Origin: Cenococcum geophilum
Taxonomy: Eukaryota
Direction: 5' to 3'
Assembly (NCBI GenBank): GCA_050273025.1
Contig: CP158635.1
Location: 372,001 to 436,000, forward strand
DNA length: 64,000 nt
Shown piece after piece: positions 36,902 to 49,201 of this stretch (its first letter is position 1; every line of letters starts with the position of its first letter). A model generated the notes under the pieces. That model searched no databases. It saw only the letters and a list, made by a program, of their open reading frames with translations, and had not been told where the DNA came from. Position numbers and translations under genes: made by a program.

Positions 36902-39900
36902 TTCTCGCTTGCAAAAGTGTTCAGAAAAATCGGGGGCTTGGCGCCCCCCCCAAAAAAAAGTCGAATTCGACCAATTTAAAGCTTACCACCTACAATAAGC
37001 CACCATGCCTATATTACGCTCTAGTAAAGTATCGCATGGCTTAAATAAGCTTAAAACTTAAATATTTAAGCATTAGAATAAGGGCAAAGCATTAATACAG
37101 AAGGTGGTAAAGCCTTTGGCCGATTAACGTGACTCACCCCCAAGCGAGATAACCCCCCCAACGAGACATATGCACCCAAATACATTTATATTAATAATTA
37201 AGCCAACAACGCCTATATTTAAAAACTAAATAGCCCAAATTGAAGCGAATACGCTTCTTATTACAGAAGAAAACGGCTTGGAAGTTTCCGGGTATGTTGT
37301 GGGCGTGATATTGCACCTGGCGTTGGCCAATTAGATGGCTTACCACTATACTCTTCTGAAGCTCCTTTCTAGATTAGCTTATCACCAAAGTCCTCCACAG
37401 GCTGAGTATTATATTGAAAGACGTGCGCAAAGGCTGCCCAGTCTTAATTATGTTCGCTAGGGTTTAATACTGATCTAGTATATAAAGTAACGCTAAGCTT
37501 TGGTAGAGAGGTCCCTTCCTTATACTCCTTTTGAGCTAACTTTTGGGCGGCGAGCTCTTGTTTTTTTAGGTCCTCTGCCTTTAATTTATCGACGTTTTTT
37601 TGGGTAAGGACTCTGCCCTTGCTAAGGAGTCTTCTACTACTTTTCTTATCTATTTTAAATGCTTGAAACTTCTTATTCTCTTTTTTCTGTATATGCGTAT
37701 TAGTCGTAAAGCCTACAGCAGCTTTAAATAGCTTTTTAAGACGTTGTTGAATGGGGGATTTAAGTATACCGTCTAGTCGCTCGGTAGTTGATTCGGTAAT
37801 CTGATTTTGTAGAGACTGAAGGTCCTCTACCGTTTTAGGTGTCCTTGGCGTTTAAGGATTTATATTTGTAATTAATTGTAGGCTTGTGGGGGGCTCTACA
37901 TGTGGTAGGGTCTTTAAAACAGCTGTAGGATTGTATGGTAGAAGACCTGTAGCTTTTCAGGCGTTGCAAATCGTCTCATAGGTGAACGCCTTTGTACGCG
38001 CCGTTGGGTAGAGCTTTATAAAATACTTTTTATTCACCCTTGTATGGCTATATTAATAGAAGTTGTCTACTTCTTCGCCGTAGTAGTGTTAAAGAGGTCT
38101 AAAACAGCCTATATCTAGTGGCTGAAGCTTATGCGTTGAATGAGGCGGGAGAGCTACTAGGACAATCTTACGCGATAGTGTATACTGGATGAACTGCCAG
38201 GTAAGATGGCTTGAATGATTATCCATTAGAAGCATACGGTAGCTTTAAATATTACCCTTAGCGTCCTCTATAAGCTGTCTCGTATATTTATTATAGTGTT
38301 TGATGTAATGTAGGCCTAATGAGTTGTCTGTCTAGCTATTAGTTGAGGTCGCATAGGCATATCCGCGAAGGCGCTTATCGTGCTTAGTAATTTAATACCA
38401 GGTCTCCTGGTGTTGCTGCCCCTTCCAAATTAAGAATGGAGGTAGGTAAGAGCCATTGGCGGTAATTGTCTCTATAATAGAGATTGACTTTTGAGATCCT
38501 GGTTGTCGAACAGTCCGATTCTTTAACCTCTCCCTACTATTCTTGCTAGAGACGATTATTTGAGCCGTTGCTGCTTGGCCTAGCATAACCCCTTTCTTGT
38601 TAAAGTTGGCTATAAATTTTGAGTGCTTGATTGAATATTTGTTTTGTACGCTTTAAAAGAACTTAAACCAATTGTAGATAATAATTGGATTATTATTCCA
38701 GGCCCTCTGGCAATCTAATTGATGACTTATAATAGTATAGAGCCCGTGGCGTTATATAAATTTTACCCCCCAGTGTTTACCTATTACCCTGCCTTCTGCC
38801 AAGAACGAGCTCGCCATTGTAGGAAGTATATTAACCTTTATTGCAAGGCCCCAGGACTGATATTCGTGTATCTATTTAACAATTTGATCCTCCTGATAAG
38901 GATACAGTAGCGTTTTATGAGCTAGGTATCGAGGGAGACGCCCAGTAAGACGATGCGTAATGGTAGAATGGGGTAATGCGCGAACACTGGAGGCTTTGCG
39001 AATTGATGGCTTAACGCCTAATTCGATGTCTTGTATAGCTTTTTGTATAGAGACTTTAGCTTCACGAGAACTTAATTGGGGAAGGGACATGTTGATTTGT
39101 ATAAGGAATTTCGGGTTTGGGTGTAATTTGGGAGGGAAGAAGAAGAGCGCGTACGAACGCGCATGTCTCGTTGGGGGGGTTGTCTCGCTTGGGGGTGAGT
39201 CACGTTAGCCCCCCCAGTAGCCTAGCAGATATTACCTCTTATATTACCACCAAATAGCTCCCTATATATAATACCTATAGACTTTGCCTATATTTCATTA
39301 TTTGTACGAACACCTGCCCGCCGAAAAAGTGCCTACCAATCAACTCCATGGCCAAACTCCCTTACTGATGCAAACAAGAAGGCTTCAAACTTCTCTGTAT
39401 ATCGATCCTCTCCATATATAGGTGCTATAGAGGCGTGGCGGCGTTGCCACTGCTTTAGTAAGTGGAAAGATGGCTCGATTGGATTATAATCAGGTAAGTA
39501 GGGGGGGAGGTATAGAAGAAGGACGTGAAACTCATTGCAAGCTTCAAGGACGCCCTAAAATGCAATTAGGTAAAGCTCTATAGAGACTAACTAATCTATA
39601 CTTACCGCGACGTGGTGCGTACGGCAGTTATCCATTACTATAACTAATCGGGGCCCTGGAAAAGGTGTACACTAAGGAAGAATTACCTCCCTAAGCCACC
39701 GTAGGAAGATATCGCCGGTAACTGAGCCTTGAACAATAAGCGTCCCATTAAGGTAGCCCGTGATAGTAAGCGCTGGTAGTATACTCCAGCGGGTGCTACG
39801 CCTAAGTAGCTGTACGTCAATAGCTGGTAGGCCTCTTGGTGCAAAGCCGTACTTCCTTAATAAGGTCCTTTCGTTTGCGGCGCTCTCGTCCACATATACC

Positions 39901-40543
39901 AGCTGGTCCTCAGTAAAAGCTGCTAAATCAAGATAGTACTATAAGCGCCTTCCTTCGTCGCGCTGGCTAGCAACTCGCTGAGTAACCTTTCGGGTAAACT
40001 CCCTACGCTTAATTATACGACAGACAGTTAATTCTAATATCCATATGTTGTGATTCATAAGGATCCAGTGTCGTATTTCATCAAGATAGTGGGTAGGCGC
40101 CCGCATAAGTAACTCCACGACATCGTCCTCTATAGCAGGTGTAATTAATCGACGTCTGCCGAATGGCTGAGGCTCTACATATAGAATTGGATAAACAGCT
40201 CCATGCTCTTTTAGATTCTTAATAAACGAGTAAACAGTACATTAAGCAACTTCCGGGTGCCTTATAACGATATTCTTGGTAGATATAAGACCAAAATAGT
40301 CGCTTTCAATACTGGCGACGATATGGGCAGGAGCCCGCGGTGGCATAGTGAAAGCGGGAAGGAACGGCAAAAATAGACCTGTAACACTATGTAATTGATA
40401 AATATATACTTTTTGGGCATTATTTAGGCTTACCAAAGGCTTCGTGGTGGGTCTATATCAGGTAGTCGTCAAATGGTCGAATTCGAATTTTTTTTTGTGG
40501 GCGCCAAGCCCCTGATTTTTCTGAACACTTTTGCAAGCGAGAA
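36902..40543 (-). mobile_element. Tc1/IS630-like DD34E transposon (~1.56 kb without its nested Fot1)
   Basis: TIR TTCTCGCTTGCAAAAGTGTTCAGAAAAATC(G/A)GGGGCTTGGCGCCC, TA TSD; transposase from ~40346: YVDES..RWSILPAL..VMDNCRTHHVA[intron]..YLPPYLPDYNPIE, 34 residues between D and E after splicing; a few stops. Confidence 0.92.
37127..39205 (-). mobile_element. Second Fot1/pogo-family transposon (2.08 kb) nested in the Tc1 element
   Basis: TIR ACGTGACTCACCCCCAAGCGAGA, TA TSD; ATG ~39088; LLMDNHSSH, LPPHSTHKLQPLDIGCF; paralogous to 31397-33488 but with a different TIR. Confidence 0.93.
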
Positions 40544-42559
40544 TACCTAGGAGCTAGTTCTTAAAATCTATTAACTAGGACTAGAGATAGTTATAAAAAT
40601 AGATATATTAGACTTTATATTAGGAGTATACTTTATATAAAAATATTAAAATAGATAGCACCTAGTGGTATACTATAGTTAGAAAATAACACTACTAGAG
40701 TTAAACTATAACATCTATAATAAGGAGTTATTAGGTATAGTTATAGTATTAAAAAAATAGAGAGTATTCTTATAAGGTATAGAGAAACTATTTATGGTTA
40801 GGACGGATTATAAAAACCTAATAGGATTCCTAATAATAAAGGAACTTAACTAAAGACAGGTTAGATAGGCAGAAATGCTTATAAAATACTATTTTAAGAT
40901 TTAGTATACTAAGGGTATAGATAATATATAAGTAGATGCTCTAAGTTAAAAAGCTAAACTATAAAATAATAAGAAGCTATTAGGGGCTTTACTATAAAAG
41001 GACATAAATAGACTAATTAGGTATAATTATCTAAAAATTATAATAACTTAAGAAGAACTAGATAGAGTTTATAAGTTACTAAAAAGCATTTAGGTATAAA
41101 GAATCTCTAAAGTATAACTAAAGGAATAGTTAGAATATTTAGGAGAAGAAATATTGTATAAATATAAAGAAGTAAAGTATATCCTAAAAAGTATAGCGGA
41201 GTATTTTATAGAAGATTTTTATAAGGGAATAACTTAGGGATATAATAGAGCTATAGGCTTAGTATTAAAACTCTAAAAGGAGTATATTATTAATGAAATC
41301 TAAGGCTTAGCGCGAAAAGTTATAAGAGAATATTTAGACTACTAAAGAAATAAACTAATAAGGTATAAGCTATATAAAGGGCTATAACCTATTAAAATAC
41401 TAGAGAGACTATAGGAGGTTATATTATAGGACTTTATTATTAAGTTATTAAAGTTAAGAAACCTTATTACCGGATAAGATTATAACGCAATCTTAGTAAT
41501 AGTAGATAAGCTTATAAAGTAGAGATACTTTATAGCATATATAGAAGAAATATTAGTAGAAGACATCGCTAGAATCTATATTAAAGAAGTATTTATAAAA
41601 TATAGAGTACTAAGCAAGATTATATTAGATAGAGATTGAAGATTTATAGTAGTATTTTAGGAAGTATTTTTAGCGGAATAAGGAGTTAGAGTAGTAACTT
41701 TTACTATATATTTTCCGCAGACAGACGGTTAAATAGAAAGATTAAATTAGATACTAGAGTAGTATTTAAGGCACTATATTAATTACGCGCAGAATAATTA
41801 GGTATTATTATTACTAGTTATATAGTTTATATATAATATAATATTATAAAAAGGGATAGGCATATTACTATTTAAGCCGAATTACGGATATAAGCTAAGA
41901 ATATTATTATTACTATAATAAGTAAAGAAAATAAGTAGTATAGCTAAAGAAAGAATAAAGATACTAATAAATCTTTATATAAACCTTATAGAATTAATAA
42001 AAATAGTATAAGAGAGAATAAAAAGGTACTATAATGCTAAGAGATCTAAGGGACTAGATCTTAAGGAGGGAGATAAAGTATAGCTACTATATAAAAATTT
42101 CAAGAGTCGATAACTAAGTAAGAAGTTAGATTATGTTAGATTAGGACCTTTTAAAATTATATAAAGGATTTTACTAGTTATATTTAAGTTAAACTTAATA
42201 GCTAAAATAAAGATCTACCCTATATAGTATATTGCGATACTAGAGCCAGTATATAGGAATATTAAGCTACTAGTCTACAAGGCAGATATATATAGAGGAT
42301 AGAAAGAAGATAAATAGTAAGTTTTAAAGATTATTAACTATAAAGATACTAATAACGAAATATAGTATAAGGTTAAGTAGATAGGCTATAATAAGACTAC
42401 CTAGAAGCTACTAGAAAATTTAAAGAATGCTATAAGGAAGGTATATGAGTATTAAAAGAAATTAAGTTAGGTAGTATTAATAAATAAAAATCGCTAAAGA
42501 ATAAGTCACCTAAGGGGGACCTAAGAAGAGTAGTTACTAAACTACTTAAATTTATTTCC

Positions 42560-43060
42560 TTCTTAGTTAGAAGAGAATCCGTTCTTTTATTACTAAGTTC
42601 CTATAGACCTTATTTTATAAGTTTTTACTCCTTAAAACAGACCTTCTTATAAACCTTTTTAAGACGGAGTAACTAAGTGGACGCTATAATATAGGCTTTA
42701 AAAGCCTTTTACTCTATATTATAAGAATATTTTAGCTTAGTAAGAGCCTAAAATAGTTTACTCTTTAGCTATATAGCAGTAGATTAAATATAAAACCTTA
42801 AGGTAAATTAACTAGAGAACTAGATAACTATTTAGAGTAATAGGTTGTGTATATTTAGTATTAGAGATAGAGTAAACGTTATAGGACGAATAAATATTCG
42901 CTTTAGTGCACTCTAAGTAAGAGGACAGTTATCGCGAAGATAGGTTTACTAATATAATATAAACTAACTTCTTTTTTAAATAGCGAGAATACGGAAACGG
43001 TATAATCTTACTAAGAGATAATATCGCAGCAATAGTATAAGCATAACGTTGCGCTTACGA
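42560..43060 (-). pseudogene. RIP-degraded antisense ORF of gypsy B: Cys6 zinc-cluster-like motif plus coiled coil
   Basis: 42991-42881 reads YSRYLKKKLVYIILVNLSSR*LSSYLECTKANIYSSY; reverting TAT/TAC to TGT/TGC gives C-x2-C-x6-C-x13-C-x2-C-x8-C; downstream helical LLRLKKVYKKVCFKE*KLIK*GL*EL. Confidence 0.55.
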
Positions 43061-46000
43061 AGAAGAAAGAGCTTTAGGTATAATAAATAATAATAATAAC
43101 CAAATTAATTAGATAGATATTACACCTTTAGTAAATAACTTAGAGATATTTAGGATCTTTAAGGATAAAGATAAAGAGGAGGGAGATAGTATTACAAACA
43201 CTTTAAGTATAATATTATAACTACTTAGGGAGGAGTTAGAAGAAGCTAGTTAGTTAGTTTAAATATGGTTTAAAATAGAGCTAATAGAGCCATATAATAA
43301 GGAATAGTAACTAAGGTTATATAATGTTGTATATAGTATACGCAGTATATAAAGGGGATATATGTATAATATATACATTACGTATATTATATATAAGAAG
43401 GATTTTATAGGAGTACGGTTATATATTTAAGGACCCTTAGTTCCTACCTAGATAGTTCCTTCCTTATAGTAATTCTTAGAATATAATTAGAGTTAATCTA
43501 TTAGGCAACCACTCTACTAGTTATTATTACGTTATTAACTTTAATTTATATTACTTATATACCTAGCCTATTAACAAGCCCACTATAGTACTTGCTATAA
43601 GGTTCCGTTATAGATATTAACTAATAAAAGGTTTACTAGTTTCCTTATAGCCGTTTTCTAGATTATATTTTATAGTTTAGGGTTTATAATCTTTCTTAGC
43701 TTCTATTCTATCTTCCGTAGGTTATCCCTTTAATTTATTAGTTTAGTATAACATCTAATATTTCTTACTATTCTTTATAGCTATATAGGGCCTAAGCTCT
43801 CTATAGGGGGCCTTTTTAGGTTACTATTAACTTCCTAAATCTTTAATGCGGGTAGCGTAATATAAGTAGTCTAAGGGCAATATAGTATATAGATCTATTG
43901 CGAATTAAGCTATATATCTTTTTTAAAGGCCTAGCCCTTACGTATAGTATTGGCCTAGTAAATAATATTAATTTAGGGCAGTATAAGGTTTTTTATTATA
44001 ATACTAATTTCTTTTATAAAGGAATGGGTTAAGGGTAAGGCTTTAGACTAAATAAGCCATCTACTCTATATATTAAGCTATAAGCCTAAATAGGCTAGCT
44101 ATTTTCGCCTTAATATTATATTATAGCTACCTAGATCCGTAATAAGGAAGGGGATATTATACTACCTTTATCCGTTAATATAGAGGTAAATCCGCAAGAT
44201 AGTTATAATAGGTAGCCCTATCCGCCCATTATACCCATAAATAGAAATTGGTTTAGGTAGTTCTTTAATAGGTATATTTAGAAAGTTAGCTAGCTTTATA
44301 GTATATTAGATATTTATTAAGGCAAAGGTATTTACTCTAAAGTTAGCTAGAGTAGAGGTTAAAACTTAGTATTTATTATAAAATAAAGTATAAGGGATAG
44401 TATAGCTTCTTCTACTAACTAGCTAACCTAGATTAATATCTAATATAATAATTCCTTTTAACCCTAGAGAGGAGTCTTTCTCTAAAGTCCCCTTTTTTTT
44501 TTTTAACTCTGCGCTATTTTCTTAGATTAATAGAACCTTATCCACTTTTATATTTATCGGGCAATCCTTTATATAGTAACCTTTTTAACTATAAGAAAAG
44601 TAAGCTCCTTAATTACTAAGGGCCTATATATAGGGGTTACTATATATAGGCTAAGCATTTACTAGACCTATAGTAGGACTAGCTATATAGCTAGCTGCTA
44701 AATTAGTAGTGGGCTATATAGGCAGTACTATAGGGGTTATTAATTATACTAGGGCACTGCAAGCCGTTTTTATATTGCTTATAGTCTAATTTAAAGGGTT
44801 TCTAGCTTTATATCGTTTAGCACGTGCCTTAATTTAGTAAAGGCCTTAGTTAATAGCTAAGCACTAGTTTATAAGTTCCTTTAGCGTCTATATAATAGTA
44901 AAAACTAGTAATATAGCTTACTATAGGTTTAGGGTAAGCTTATTAAATAGGTCTAGTATTAGATCTTTTTAGGGAATTTAAGCCTAGCTAGCTAGGTGCA
45001 AAAAGCGGGTCTAAAAGGCTAAGATGGCCTCTGTCGTTTTTATATTTAGGCATTTATAATTAAGTTAGGCGTTTTATACTTTAAAGGGGTTCTTATAAAT
45101 AGAAGATAGGTAGATAATTATTTTTTCTTTAGAGAGGAAGGGATTTACTAAGTCCTATGCATACCGTGGACGTAGATGCGTCTATATATCCCTACTAATA
45201 CGGCTAAAGACGTAGGCTATTTTAGCCTAAGTAGTAGGGAAGTAGTCCGTATTAACTTTAAGCTTATCCTATAATTAAAGCTTCTAATTATTAAATATAG
45301 GGTTAGTTCCATCTATAAGTAATAGGGGGTCCGCGACCTTTATAGACCGTAATAATGCTAATACTATATATTAGGCTAGAGCTTTAAGGACTATAGTAAG
45401 TCTCTAGGTATTTAATAATTCCTTACTAAGCGTAGGGGGTTCTCTAGCTTTAAGCAGCTCTTAAAGTTATTTAATTTTAGTATAAGCTACTATAAGCTCT
45501 ACCTAGGAGTTTAAGTTAGTTATTATTTTACTATTAGAGGTATTTAAGGGTCCTATAACTGCTTTGCCGGCTACTATATTTCTTAGCATTATAGTATAGT
45601 TATTAGGGTAACTTTTAGTAGGATTCTATAGGGGTTTTAGTCTATACGTATTCTATAGGTCTTATTATTCTTTTCTATTCTTCTCATTCTAGTAATATTC
45701 TTTAGGTTTAATTCTATATTCTATTCTATTCTAGTTTATAGTCTATAAATATATTTAAGTTCCTTCTTAAGAAGAAAAGGTAGTTAAGCTTTAGATAATA
45801 TTAGCGACTTAGTTAATTAAGGTATAAGTACGGCAAGAGGGACGCGTAAGCCTATATAATTGGTAGTCTATAAATAAGGATCTAAAGCTAAAGAAAGAAA
45901 AGGAAATAGAGGGTGGCGCCGCTTAACGTTATATATAATCCTCTAGTTACATAATAGTAACTATTTAAAACTATATAAAACTATTTATAACTATTTACTA

Positions 46001-49000
46001 TAATTTATTAATTGACCTAAGGTATAAGTGGTCTATATTTTTAGGTTTAAGATTTTAAACTTTGCTAAGCTAGCTTCTAATTAGTTAGAAAAAAACTTAC
46101 ACGTAGTAAGTCGTGGCAGAATCCACGTAATAAACGTTAAAATATTATAAATATTAAAATATCCTAGTATTACGCCTTCCCTTTTGTTAATACCTCTATT
46201 AATACCGCTATATATAATAAATATAGCAGATCCTACTGTAATTAAGTGTAGTAAGTGCTATATCTATAAGCCCCACCTTAACTTTATTAAAGACGGCCCT
46301 TTAAAGAAGATTTTAAAGCTATACTAATTATGTCGGTTAAAGGCGCGTCTTCCCTATATATTACTTTTACTTTTACTTACATTTCTAGGCCTTTAAATAT
46401 AATTTAAATAAGCGGAGAGCTCTTATAGAGTTAGATTCTACTACTAAGAATTGTCCTATAAGGCGCTAGCGAAGTGCTTTACCTAAAAAGGATACCAAGA
46501 ACACCTTCCTACCTCGTGGGCAGAATAGCTAAGATATCCTTAAAATAGCTTAACGGCGGAAGATAATTAGGATAATATAACGGGAGTACCGTATTCTTAA
46601 TTGGCGGGGTAAAGCTTACTTACCTATTTCTCCGCTATATACTATAGATATAGCTCCGTGCAGTAGAAGAGGTACTTTAAATAGCCTAAATACGTTCTTA
46701 CCGGAACTAGCTCCTATACCTGCTCTAACTACGGCCATACTACTGCCTATTTTAGCTGTTAATTAGGAGCGAATTAAGAAGTTTAGGAGTATACTATAGG
46801 CTAAATATATAGAGACGTGTAGTTGTTATAAGGAGCGGTGGTTTTAAATAGGCCTAGCTATGGAGGGTAATAATATAGGTGTATGTAAAGCCTGCATTAA
46901 GGACGCTAATAGCCTTAAATATTTAACCCTTTTTCTCCTATTTGGTAAAAGTAACGGGCTCGATCTAGGGCCTGTTCCTAGCTTCCTACCTATACTTACT
47001 ACGGTAAAGGAGCTTCTAATTACGCGCGTATACGTTTATCTATAAGTCGTGCGTATACGTGGCTAGTAATATCGCTATACTGGCCACGTTTGCTACTTTA
47101 GCTAGAATATACTAAAGACTTAGAGGTAGCTACCGCGGCTACCTACTAAACTTAATATACTAGTTGTAAGGCCTATAGCAGTAGAGGGCGGTAAATACCT
47201 AGGTCGGCGGTTTACTAAGCGGTATACTATAAGGCGCTCTGCTATAATATAGTAGCTTTACTTTCTAAAGGTTAATTATCCTAATTATTATAATGTTAAA
47301 ATATATAGCACCTGGCTTACTAACTTACCCGAAAATAGCTTTATATTAAATTAGCTACCTTATATTAATAAGCTAAAGTCTAATTTTAGTAGCCTAATAG
47401 CTTACCCTACTACTCCTATACAACGTCCTTTTACTATTAATCCTCTACCTACTAAGCTTAGCAGTAATATACTATACGGCGAATTTAATAATAATATACT
47501 AGTTACTTTAGTTCCTAATTTAGTACCTAATCTTAGTAAATTAGAGCTTTTAGGTCGTAAGGTTTAATATTAATAAGACCTATAAGCGGGCTTAGAGGTT
47601 CCTACTATATAATAGACACCTCTCTCTAAGCGATTAGCTAGTTTTATTATACGCGGCGCCTTTCCTACTCTATTTCCTTATAGTAAAGCCGATTTTAATA
47701 TACTACAAAGCCGTATGGTTACCCTAGCTATATACGCTAAGCATATACTTAAGTATTAGGACGGTCGGTTTAGCCGTTATCCCTTATTTCGCTACTATAT
47801 ATTTAATTGGATTATAAAAGAGTAAGCCCTTAACGCCACCCGTTTCCTTTACAGCCGATTAAATAAAAATAGTCTATTTTTAGATAAGCTTAGTAATGCT
47901 ATAAATAGTAATAGGGGTGGCTAGTTGCTAAATAAAATTGTATAGTATATATGGAACCTTAAGGGCACTAGACCTTACTAGAGGCAGAAGAGAAATAAGC
48001 TTATAGCTTATACTAAGAATATTAAAAGCAGGTCTCTATTCTTTATACCTAGCGCTACTAATCTATATTGGTATAATCTACACTCTTATATACCTCTATT
48101 TAACAAATATAAGGCTACTAATAAGGTTTAGCGCTACTGGATTACTTCTTAAAATTTTAATAATAATCCGTATATTGCTGCTTACTGGCTATATTGCCAC
48201 TTTAATCTATTTAGGAAGCACGTAATTATAGGCCTATTTAATAGCACTGACTTTTAGTCCTAATATAAGTGGTAGGTATAAGGTAGCGGCTATATATATA
48301 GCTTCTTATGGAGTTTAACAGCCCTAAGGCTAGATCCGTTAGCTATTAAATTAAGGGCGGCTTTTACTAAGTACTAGGCTACTTTTATATCCATAATTAA
48401 TCCTAATTAATATAGGCCTTCCGATCTCTAATATCCTTCTACTCTAAGCTATAAAGAATAGCTTAATACTAGTAAGCTTCTTACTACCTATTTTAATCGA
48501 TTTTAACGGCACTATAATTATACCAAATCTTACTGCTTAAGATTAAAGAAAGGCTCTACTAGAGCAAAGGAGTGCCGCTTTTATTTTCCACGGTCTCTCT
48601 ATAATAAGGCTGCTGTATTAAAGGATTAAAATCTATATTACTAGACGTTCTATCCACAGCATAATAATAAGCTTCTTAATGGTTACAATGTAGCTATAAT
48701 ATTAGCGTGGATGGCGAATATTAATATATCACCCGCTATAAGCATATTAGTAATAGTTAACTATATAGGCAAATATTGCAGTAAGGAAGAGAAGAAGTTA
48801 ACTTCCTATTAGGAGTTACTCTAATTAGTATAGCCGTACGCTAATAGCCTTTATATCTTTAGTTCGGTTATAGTTAGGTTTATAAATAAGCTTATTATTA
48901 AACGCGATTAGTTAGCGTAGAAGGTATACTATCTACTTTTTAATATTCCCCTTTACAAAGGCTCTAGGAATATAATAACTTTAAACTATTACTAGAAGGA

Positions 49001-49201
49001 TAATTAAAGCGCTACGTATAAGCTTAATAATGGGCAACTAAGAGGATGCGGACTATTTAACTATAAGAAATATAAGCGCCGCCTAGATAGGGTAGAGGAC
49101 GTTACTTTTCTTAATTTTCTACTCTATTTTAATTACTTTACTTATAAGCGTCGGCTAAGAGTAAGGCCTTAAGTTATATTGTACTTTTTATAATATAACA
49201 G

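Larger units (their letters stand above)
27228..43612 (+). mobile_element. Ty3/gypsy chromovirus B inserted in the pol region of gypsy A
   Basis: 423-bp LTRs 27228-27650 and 43190-43612; TSD GATAT; PPT AAAGAGGAGGGAGATAG; gag ~27700-28850, RT (EYLDEFVIVYLNNII ~36250-36295), RNase H, integrase, chromodomain (YKVK*IGYNKTT*KL ~42365-42410). Confidence 0.93.
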
